The notes under the pieces are model-generated. The model saw only the letters and a list, made by a program, of their open reading frames with translations. It was not told the origin of the DNA and ran no database searches. From a virus, in the IMG/VR virus record IMGVR_UViG_3300006339_000005, positions 32,001 through 96,000 of that record: a DNA stretch of 64,000 nt; one strand, 5' to 3'. Below are positions 9,598-19,800 of the stretch, one piece after another; the first letter of the stretch is position 1; each line of letters starts with the position of its first letter. A program made the translations under genes and the position numbers.

Positions 9598-10499
9598 TGA
9601 AAAGGTTATTCGCATTTGGCTGTTCGTTCACTAATTATGCGTGGCCTACTTATGCAGATTTTTTAGGTTATGAATTTGACAAATACGAAAATTGGGGATT
9701 CCCAGGATTTGGAAATCGTGCTATAGCAGAACGTGTAGCTGAATGTCACGCAAAAAATAATTTTAATAAAGACGATACTGTTTTAGTTCAATGGACTAGT
9801 CATACTCGTAATGACTTTCATACCTTTAAAGAAATAAAATATAGCAAAGAAAAATTTATTCATGGTTACTTTAGACCTACGAATAAAATAGGTTGGAAAA
9901 CACAAGGTAATATTTTCGGAGGTGGCAACTTAGAATTAAATTATGATTCTAAATGGATTAATAATTTCTGGGATGAATATAGTTATTTTATGTATTCTAT
10001 GAATGAAATATTACTTACCCAAGGATTATTAGATTCAACTAGTTGCAAATGGCGTATGATTACTATTAGTGATATAGCAAAACTAGGAAGTGATACGCCA
10101 GTAACTGCGGGTGAAACAGTTAATAATAACAAAAAAACTGCTTGGGAAGAAAAGCCTGAATTTAATTGTTATCGTGAAACAATATTTGAAGGAAAATATA
10201 AAAATAACTGGCTTGCACCTTTAGGATTATTTGCTTGGGAAAGAAAAGAAGATTTATATACTTTTAGAGGGCCAAATGATCCAGAACCTTACGAAGACTT
10301 TCATCCTAGTAATAAGCATCATTATGATTATATGAATGAAGTTGTACGTCCTAGTTTGGGCCATACAAAATATAATAATACTAAACAACAAAGTATGTAC
10401 GAAAAAATTACAAGACTTAAAGAACAAACTAATGATTTTATTAGTTTTGAAGAACAAATAATACATAATAAACCACACGAAGGATATATAGGATTTTAA
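9597..10499 (+). CDS. SGNH/GDSL-like protein (GTG start)
   Basis: FAFGCSFT, G.GN..I, V.VQWT...R, terminal DFHPS...H. Confidence 0.5.
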   Translation: MKRLFAFGCSFTNYAWPTYADFLGYEFDKYENWGFPGFGNRAIAERVAECHAKNNFNKDDTVLVQWTSHTRNDFHTFKEIKYSKEKFIHGYFRPTNKIGWKTQGNIFGGGNLELNYDSKWINNFWDEYSYFMYSMNEILLTQGLLDSTSCKWRMITISDIAKLGSDTPVTAGETVNNNKKTAWEEKPEFNCYRETIFEGKYKNNWLAPLGLFAWERKEDLYTFRGPNDPEPYEDFHPSNKHHYDYMNEVVRPSLGHTKYNNTKQQSMYEKITRLKEQTNDFISFEEQIIHNKPHEGYIGF

Positions 10500-10500
10500 G

Positions 10501-12342
10501 ATGGACAAAAAACCCGTATGGATTGCCGGAATAGCTAGAGGACATAACTCTGGTGTATGTTTGTTAAAAGACGGCGAAGTTGTTTTTGCAATTGAAGAAG
10601 AAAGATTAACTCGTAGAAAATACGACGGTGGTCCTCTTGCTTCTATGGTTAAAATTTTAGAGTATACTGATAAAATTGACTTTTTAGTTGTAGCACATAC
10701 ACAAAATTTAAAGCATACAGCTGGAAAAATAGACTTTAGTGGTGATGATGTTTATACAGGATTAGCAAGAAAGTTAGGCTTAATAAGTAGGAGTGACTAT
10801 GATATCTACGGTGATGGACATCCCCAAGTAATAGATTTAAGCCATCTTCATCATAAGTTACACGCCGCTTGTGCATTTTATAGAAGTGGGTTTGATAGTG
10901 CCGCGGCACTTATTATTGATGGAGCAGGAACATTTCTTGAGTTTAACTTCTATGGGGCTCATAAAACTTTTCGACTTAATGATGAAGGAACATTATGTTT
11001 TGAAACTGAAAGTATTTTTAAATGCGACTATCCTAGTAATTTTAGAACTGTTTATAAACACGTTGGCGTTAGAGGTCCAATGACTACTAGTATACATGAA
11101 AATTGTAGTAGTAAAATGTATGATGAACATGAAAATGATACTCATATATTACATATGACAGAAAATGCAGGCATTGTAAAAGCATACGAGGCAGTAACAG
11201 AATACTGTGGTTTTCAGTTTATTGAAGCTGGCAAAACTATGGGGCTATTTCCTTACGGAAAAGAAAATCCTGATTGTCCAAAAATATTTAGACACGATAC
11301 AAAATTCCCTATTGCAGATAGACAAGTTATTGTACCACAATACCCAAATGGTGCGAACGTTAATTATCGCTCCTTTGATTATCTTTCTCCAGGAGAAGAA
11401 GGATGGAATGTTGATGTAACTGAATATGATAATCGTCGAGATTTAGCGTATACTGTACAAACAGAAACACAAGAAGAAGTTGTAAAACTTATAAGAAAAA
11501 CTGTTGAATTAACTAAAAGAAATAAAGTAGTTATTAGTGGAGGTTATGGATTAAATTGTGTTGCAAACTATCATTACTTAGGCGCACTAAAAGATGAAGA
11601 CATCGAAGTTTATGTTGAACCAGTTTCAAATGATGCTGGAACGGCAATGGGTGCGGCACTTTATTTTTATAGACAATTAACTAAAGATAATACTGTACAT
11701 CCACAAGTAGATACATTATTTGAAGGTCCAGCATACTGTTATTCTGAAGATGAAATCCAAAAACTTGCAACAAAATATAAGGCTTCAGTTAAGGCTTGTG
11801 ATGATGAAAAAGTTGTAGACTTATTAACAACTAAAAATATTGTTACTATTTTTCAAGGTAAATCAGAAAACGGTCCTAGAGCATTAGGAAATAGAAGTAT
11901 TATTTTTGATCCTACTTATGAAGATGGTAAGGACTATGTTAATAAAGTAAAACGTAGAGAATATTTTAGACCTTTTGCTGGATCTATTTTAGAAGAATAT
12001 GGTCAAGAATGGTTTGATTTACGAGGCATGAAAAATTCACCAACAATGATGTATGCTGTAAATTGTCAACCAGGAATTGCTGAAAAAATTCCAAGTATTA
12101 TTCACGTAGATGGTACGTGTCGTATTCAAACTGTTAACGAAAAACAGAATAAAAACTATTATAATTTAATTAAAGCATTCCACAAAAGAACTGAAATTCC
12201 AATAGTGTTTAATACTAGTTTTAATTTAGCTGGAGAACCACTAGTTGAAACACTTGATGATGCCGTAAGAACCCTTGCTAATAGCGAAATTGAGTACCTA
12301 TACTTGCCTGAATATAACAAATTAATAACACTTAGGAACTAA
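10501..12342 (+). CDS. Carbamoyltransferase (NodU/CmcH/TobZ family)
   Basis: HNSGVCLLKDG...EEERLTR.K, HH.LHA..AFY.SGF, SGGYGLNCVAN, NDAG.AMGAA, GPRALGNRSI, KRRE.FRPFA, HVDGTCRIQTV, NTSFNLAGEPLV. Confidence 0.93.
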   Translation: MDKKPVWIAGIARGHNSGVCLLKDGEVVFAIEEERLTRRKYDGGPLASMVKILEYTDKIDFLVVAHTQNLKHTAGKIDFSGDDVYTGLARKLGLISRSDYDIYGDGHPQVIDLSHLHHKLHAACAFYRSGFDSAAALIIDGAGTFLEFNFYGAHKTFRLNDEGTLCFETESIFKCDYPSNFRTVYKHVGVRGPMTTSIHENCSSKMYDEHENDTHILHMTENAGIVKAYEAVTEYCGFQFIEAGKTMGLFPYGKENPDCPKIFRHDTKFPIADRQVIVPQYPNGANVNYRSFDYLSPGEEGWNVDVTEYDNRRDLAYTVQTETQEEVVKLIRKTVELTKRNKVVISGGYGLNCVANYHYLGALKDEDIEVYVEPVSNDAGTAMGAALYFYRQLTKDNTVHPQVDTLFEGPAYCYSEDEIQKLATKYKASVKACDDEKVVDLLTTKNIVTIFQGKSENGPRALGNRSIIFDPTYEDGKDYVNKVKRREYFRPFAGSILEEYGQEWFDLRGMKNSPTMMYAVNCQPGIAEKIPSIIHVDGTCRIQTVNEKQNKNYYNLIKAFHKRTEIPIVFNTSFNLAGEPLVETLDDAVRTLANSEIEYLYLPEYNKLITLRN

Positions 12343-12400
12343 ATCCCCGTCCTAGCTGATCCTATGTTTTTAGGTAAATATATAAAACAAGAGGATTATA

Positions 12401-12823
12401 ATGTTTGATATTAGTCGATACTTTCGTAAAGGTGGAAATAACTCCATTGAGTTTAAAAATGGAGCTAATCTCAGTTACGCAGGTCCCTCACATACCTTGG
12501 TTAATTCCGGTACAGAAATAGACCGTTGGTATGTAGGTCAGTTTATGGGTGCAGAATATACTGTTACGTGTGATGTAGATACGGCACGTAAAGAAGTTAT
12601 AAAGGCCCTAGTTACTGCTAGTCCAAATAAAGCTAATGTTGTGATCTATGGTAGAAGTAATTTAGGTGATGATTTACTTCAATTAGAAGCTACAGTTACT
12701 GACTCGTTTTTTAGTTTAATAGCATATCCTAGAGAACAAGCAGACTCTACTGTGATCCAAGGTGCAAAATTAATCTTCAGTGCAAATTATTACAAAACAC
12801 TAAATGAGGCCACAGCAACTTAA
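12401..12823 (+). CDS. Putative virion structural protein (140 aa)
   Basis: TAAATA promoter and GAGG SD; context in the structural operon. Confidence 0.5.
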   Translation: MFDISRYFRKGGNNSIEFKNGANLSYAGPSHTLVNSGTEIDRWYVGQFMGAEYTVTCDVDTARKEVIKALVTASPNKANVVIYGRSNLGDDLLQLEATVTDSFFSLIAYPREQADSTVIQGAKLIFSANYYKTLNEATAT

Positions 12824-12851
12824 TGTCGATAAATACGTATGGAGAAGATAA

Positions 12852-13880
12852 ATGCCTGTAATTAAATCGCCTTTTGAAGCACAACACGGATATAAGAGCC
12901 CAGGATTTACTGTTGATGAGCTCGGTAATGTTACTGTTCGTACACTATCATATACTTCACAAGAAGAAGCAACAATTAGCGGCGATTTTATTATGCGCCA
13001 GACAGGTTACGGAGCTTTCACGGCTTTTACTATTGATGGGTACTATATTGAAGGTTCAACTTCTACCTTAGATAGTAATCCAGGAATTGCTTTAGTTAGA
13101 GGTGAAGCATATACATTTACTTTACTGCTAACTGAAAGCGGCGGAGACATTACCTTTAACGTTTATCAGGATGATTCAGCTAATCCAGAGGGGCAAAAAT
13201 TAGCTTACAATGAAGGACTTAAATGGACAAACGACGGTGGTACAACTGAATCAGAAGAAGGCGATGCACAAGGACAAGGAGTTGGTAAACTAACATTTAC
13301 AGTTCCAGCTAACGCACCGTCAACTTTATACTATGCAGATGCTGATCAAGTTCCACTAGGTAATATAGTAGTTACAGATCCAACCATTTCAGGGATTGGA
13401 TCTTTTAGTACTATTCTTACTACAGGTAACTTAACTGCACAAGGTGAAGGTGCAAATATAACATTATCACCAACAGGATTAGGAACAGTTGTTATTAATC
13501 CAGTTGGCGGCGGATCATTGAGTAACATGGACGTTAATGCTGTAAAGTTAACTTCAACTGGTGATGTTACACTAGGTGGAGTAAATTCTACAATAAAAAT
13601 GATTCCAACAGGATCAGGAACAGTTGATATAAGGCCAGAAGGAACTGGCAGTATGAATAATATAATAATAGGTGAATCAACTGCTCAAAATGGTAATTTT
13701 TTAGGTATAACTTCTACGTCTGGAACGTTAAATAATACAGTGATAGGAAATGTAACACCAGCAACTGCATCATTTACAACTGCAACGGCGTCACAAAATC
13801 CTACAGGAGCAACAGAAGTTACTAATAAGAAATATGTAGATATGACGGCATCAGCATTAGCGATTGCGTTAGGGGTATAA
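12852..13880 (+). CDS. Virion structural/fibre protein with a degenerate cupredoxin-like domain
   Basis: L.RG..YTF...FTVPANAPSTLYY motif followed by Thr/Gly-rich fibre repeats. Confidence 0.55.
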   Translation: MPVIKSPFEAQHGYKSPGFTVDELGNVTVRTLSYTSQEEATISGDFIMRQTGYGAFTAFTIDGYYIEGSTSTLDSNPGIALVRGEAYTFTLLLTESGGDITFNVYQDDSANPEGQKLAYNEGLKWTNDGGTTESEEGDAQGQGVGKLTFTVPANAPSTLYYADADQVPLGNIVVTDPTISGIGSFSTILTTGNLTAQGEGANITLSPTGLGTVVINPVGGGSLSNMDVNAVKLTSTGDVTLGGVNSTIKMIPTGSGTVDIRPEGTGSMNNIIIGESTAQNGNFLGITSTSGTLNNTVIGNVTPATASFTTATASQNPTGATEVTNKKYVDMTASALAIALGV

Positions 13881-13885
13881 TTTAA

Positions 13886-16800
13886 ATGGCAAAAACAAAA
13901 GTAGAACAGTATATATTTCAACCAGGTATTCCGGTTAATGAAAATCGCTATGGTATGGCGCATGATTTAATTAAGAATAACGTTGAATTTATCTGCGACG
14001 AAGTAACGGCTTGGATTGCTGAACAAGTTAAGATGGAGCCTGTCTATCCAGATGCTGTCACATCCATTACAGCAAATAAAGAATTTTTAAAAGATGAAGT
14101 AATGGCTTGGTTTGATATAGCCTATCCAGGAGCTCACGATCTAACTTATAGTGTAACAAATGCAATATACACACCAGCAACAGGAGTAATGGTATTAACT
14201 ATCGGCTCACACGGTTTCTTAGTTGGTAATACTATTAGAATTGCCACAGATAGCTTAACATTTACTTGTGCTTTAGATAGTCATGCAACAAATCATACAT
14301 ATCCAAGAGCAACCGGATCAGCCGCACCTGGTGGTTACGATTTTGTTTATAATAAACCAATTGCAGTTACAGAATTTTCTTCAACAACAATTACTGTAAA
14401 TATCGGTATATCAAGTGATGTATCAGCACACTCATACGTAACTTCTACTGCTGATTGTATAGCAAGTAACGAACGTCATGAAAAATGTGCTCGAGACACA
14501 GGATTTAATATTGATGCCATTACAACAGATTTATATAGTGGTGGTAACTTTGAAACTAGAAGAATAGCACAAAAATATTGGGAAGGTACTAATACAAACC
14601 TTGGTAGTGGCTCTGAACAAACGTATGCTACTTTAGTTAATGATAAATTAAAAGAAATAATTAACGGTTATATTTTATCAAATACAGCTTGGACAACTGC
14701 ACAAGACCCGGTAGTTACTACACAAAACGTTAGTAATCCAGTTGGTGAATCTAATTCGACTAATAGAGTAACAGAGTTACATAAGATTCTTAATGATGTT
14801 ACTGTAAACGGAATAGGGGCACTTCCAGAGGTAACACCTTCTTGGTCACATTATACTTACGATGGAGAATTATGCGAAAGAGATACACGTCTTAATTTAC
14901 AAGGTGATGATGGAACTGGCGGAATACTTTATGATTTAAGATATGGCGGTAACGAAAAAACACGTTATACTGCTAGTAAATATTGGATTAATGCAACACC
15001 ACAAGTTGATGGTGACAGAACCACTGAAAGATTTGCTAAAAATTATGTCCGTGATTTAATTAATAATTTTATTTTACCACAACCGACAACGGCACAAGTA
15101 TATCCTTATGCTATAGCATTACTTGAAGCAAATAAACAATATATAGCAGACGAGGCTACAGAATGGTTTGATGCAAACTATCCAGGAGTTCATACCGGTA
15201 CACGTCATGCAAAATGTATAAGAGATACAATATTTAATATTGAAGCACTTACATCAGATATCTATACTGGTAGTAATTTTCAAACTATTGAAATGGTTCA
15301 CAGATACTGGAGTGGAACTGCATCACAACTTCCAGGTGGTGAAACAGTTCTTACAACGGCAACCGCTCACGGTAGATCTGTAGATGATGTAGTTGAAATA
15401 CGAGGTCTAGTATTAGGTTGTCCTATGGGTTCTAAAACGTATCCAGTATCTGACTTTACGCAAGGACATTCAGCTAATCAATCATTTGCAGTCAGATCAC
15501 AAAACTTAACTGCTTCAACATTTGAAATTTTCCTTGGAACAAGTGCAATTGCTCAAACTTATGTTAAGGGCGGTACAGTTATTCCTCAAGCAGGATTACA
15601 ACAAGATAATAGACTAGATATTCGAAACTTCGATTATGATACAGGATCAGGGGTTGCTACAATTACAACTATGGGTGGTGCTACTATTACAGCGGAAGCA
15701 CATGGTAAAAGTAAAGGTGACTTAATTGCAGTAGATGGTGCTGTATTAAGTTGTGATATGGGTTCTAAAACATATCCAGTAAATAGTTTTTCAACAGCAC
15801 ATTCAACTGCTCAACAATTTACAGTTAGAGCAACTAATTTAACTGCAAACACGTTTGAAGTTTTCTTTGGAACAAGTGCAATTGCAACAACTTATGTTAG
15901 TGGTGGTACAATTGTTAAAGATAATAATGTTAGACAAGCAATTACAGATTTTGCTTATGACATAGGACCAAGTCATAGTGTAACGGCGGCAACATATACA
16001 CCTGCAACAGGAGAAATGCAGTTAACTATTGGAGCACACAATTTCGAAATTGGTCATTATGTTAAGATTGCTACAAATAGTTTAACTTTTACTTGTGCTT
16101 TAGATGGTCATGCAACAAATCATAGCTATCCAAGAGCAACTGGATCAGCGGCTCCAGGTGGCTACGATTATTTCTACAATAAACCAGTAGAAATTATAGG
16201 GGCAGGTGCAACAACAATTACAATGAACGTAGGTGTATCAAGTGATGTATCGGAACATACATTTGTAAGTGCTACTGCTGATTGTATATCACCAGTACCG
16301 GCGGCTAATAGTGTAACAAATGCAGTATACACACCAGCAACGGGAGTAATGGTATTAACTATTGGGGCACACGATTTACAACTTGGTAATCAAATTAGAA
16401 TTGCTACAGGGAGTCTAAAATTCACTTGTGAAATGGACAGTCATGCTACAACTACAGCATACCCAAGAGCATCAGGAAGTGCCGCACCAGGTGGATATGA
16501 TTATGCTTATAATACGGCAGTTACAATTACGGCAATAGATTCAACAACAATTACTTGTAATGTTGGTACATCAACTAATACATCAATACATACATTTGTA
16601 AGTGCTACTCCTAACTGTATAGCAAATGATATAGGATCAGCAGGTAAGTGTACTATTACTACTTCAGGCAGTCATAATTTATCAATAAATGATACTATAG
16701 ACATACGTGGTGTTATTATGGATTGTGAATTTGGAACTAAAGTATATCCAGCAATTCCTCATGCAGGAATTTTTCCGGTAACAAAAGTTACTGACACTAA

Positions 16801-19800
16801 TACATTAGATTTTTACTTACCACCTAGTGAAATTGATCATACTTATGTTAGTGGTGGAACAATAAAATCAGCAACGCTAACTAACGTTGGTAGTTCAACA
16901 ATCATTACAGCTTTTGCTTATAATAATGATCAAGCACTTATTACTATTACTTCAGGAAACCACGGACTTGTTGTAGGTGACCTTGTTAAATTAACTGGCA
17001 TTGTACTTTCTTGTTCAACTGGTACTAAAACATATCCAGATACAAGTGTATCTTCAGGTGTATATTATGTTTATGATGTACCTGATATTGATACGTTTAT
17101 TTTTGGTATGGATAGAAGTAATGTTGTACATACTTACGTTAGTGGTGGTACTTGTCAGAAAGTTACAACTGCTACAAATAGTACTGTTAATATAAGTAAT
17201 TTTGTATTTGACACACACGCAGGACATGGATTATCAGCAACTGATAATGTAATATTACGTGGTATTGTAACAGATTGTATTTACGGAACTAAAATATATC
17301 CAGCATTAGTACACGCAGGACTTTATCCTATAACCAAAACAGATACTGCTGATACATTTGAATTTTTCTTAAATCCTAGTAATATCGCTCACACTTACAC
17401 TAGTGGTGGTACAGTAAAAGACATAGATGTTACAAACGTTGGTGATGCAGTAGATATTACAAATTTTATTTACGACAATGACCTAGCAACATTTACTGTT
17501 ACTACTTCAGGAATTGATAATCCTTATAATGTGGCAGGAGCAACATACATACCTACAACAGGAGTAATGGAATTAACTATTGGAACACATGATTTAGAAG
17601 TTGGTAACAAAGTTAATATTGAAGCAACAAGTCTAACTTTTACTTGTGCCTTTGATAATAATGTTAGCCAACATAGCTATCCAAGAGCAACCGGATCAGC
17701 CGCACCTGGTGGTTACGATTATTTCTACAATAAACCAGTAGAAATTACGGCAATCAGTGCAGATACAATAACAATGAACATTGGTACCGGTAATATTAAA
17801 ACTTATACTCCAACAGCGGTAACATACATACCTACAACAGGAGTAATGGAATTAACTATTGGAACACATACTTTAGTAACTGGTAATTATGTTGACATTG
17901 ACGCAGGATGTTTAAATTTCACTTGTACTTTTGATAATAATGCTACTCAATCTAGCTATCCAAGAGCAACTGGGTCAGCGGCTCCAGGTGGTGCAGATTA
18001 TTTTTATGATACACCATGTAGAATTGACTCCACTTCAGCAACAACAATTACATTGAATGTTGGTGCTGGTAATGTTAAAACTTATAATGTATCAGCGGCA
18101 ACATATACACCAACAACAGGAGTGATGCAATTAACTATTGGATCACATAGTTTAGTAGCTGGTAATTATATTGATATTGCGGCAAATAGTATAGTGTTTA
18201 CTTGTGCCTTAGATGGTCACGCAACAACTACAGGATATCCAAGAGCAACAGGAAGTGCCGCACCAGGTGGTGCTGACTATGCCTACAATACACCAGTAGT
18301 AATTGCATCAGTAGGTGCAACAACTATTACAATAAATGTTGGTGTATCAAGTAATACATCAACACATACATACGTAAGTTCTACTGCTAACTGTATATCA
18401 AATTCAAATTCACATACATTTACAAGTGCTACTGCTAATTGTATAAAAAATGCAGAAGCACATACATTTGTAAGTGCTACTGCTGATTGTGTATCAAAAG
18501 CAGGACACGGACTAACTGTAGGTGATAAAGTTAAATTAGCTGGTATTGGTATGTCTTGTGAATTTGGTAGTAAAATATATCCTGAAAATAATGCAGGATA
18601 TTTTGTAGTTTATGATGTGCCTGATGTTAGTACATTTATTCTTGGTACAGATAAGAGTGCCGTTGTCCATACTTGGACAGGTGGTGGTACTTGGCAAAAA
18701 ATTACATATACTGTTCTTAATCAAACCGACGTAGCTGATTTTGCCTTTGGTCCAAGTGAAAGAACTTATGCAGTTGCAGTTAACCAGAAAACAGAATCAA
18801 TAATTAAAGATTACATTTTTACTAATACTACATATCCGTCAGTACAATCAGGTAGTACACAAACTATTACTGCCAACGCCGCAGAATCAGGAGCATCTGG
18901 TAGAATAACAACATTGATGGATGCTATTAATAATGTTACTGTAAATGGATTAGACTATCTACCAACGGCGGGATATGCCTCGGTAGGATATACACCTTTA
19001 CAAACAGCAACTTCACAATATTTTAATTCATCTAGTGTTTCAGAAAGTGCCGCTAGTGCAGTTATTACAGATAGATTTGGTATTATTACTGATGTAATCG
19101 AAAACGGACTTGATAATGTTCCTGCACTTGATAGAGCACAAGTTAGTTCTATTAGATTACAAACTCGTGTACCAACAAATGACTTATTACTCATTACAGA
19201 TACAACTGTTAATGAAGTATTGTTTAACTTTACTGACTCTGAAAAAGGTGCTAGTTGTCAATTTATAACAGACGATCAGGAAAAATTAACAAAAGGTGTT
19301 GATGATGATTTTCCAAAATTCTTAGAAAGAACTGGAACAATCACAACTATTTACTTAGATGTAAATACAGATTCACCTACATACAGTCCTAATGCTCGTG
19401 TTCAATTAGAAGCAAATAAAGAATTTTTACAAAAAGAAACTGTAGCTTGGATTGGTAATAAAATCTCAACTGCTATTACATATCCTTATGCTAAAACATT
19501 AATTGATGCAAATAAAGAATGGTTAGCAGATGAAGTAATGGCTTGGTTTGACTTAACATATCCAAATGCTCACAGTACTATACAACATGAAAAATGTGAA
19601 AGAGATACAAAATTTAATATTGATGCACTTGCTTATGATATCTATCATGGTAGTAATACTCAAACTAGAGAAACTGCAAAAAAATATTGGGAAGGTACTA
19701 ATTCATTATTAGCTAATTCCGGCGGAGCATTTACTGAAACTACTAATGCTGAAATTGGTTATGCACTTGCTGTTAATAATAAATTAAGAGATTTAATTAT

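Noticed and set aside
14141-18496. Repeated ~40-50 nt identical DNA segments considered as a CRISPR array or DGR template/variable repeats
   Set aside because: They are in-frame parts of protein repeats with irregular spacing and homologous rather than unique spacers. Mismatches are not adenine-specific, and no reverse transcriptase or cas gene is in the window.
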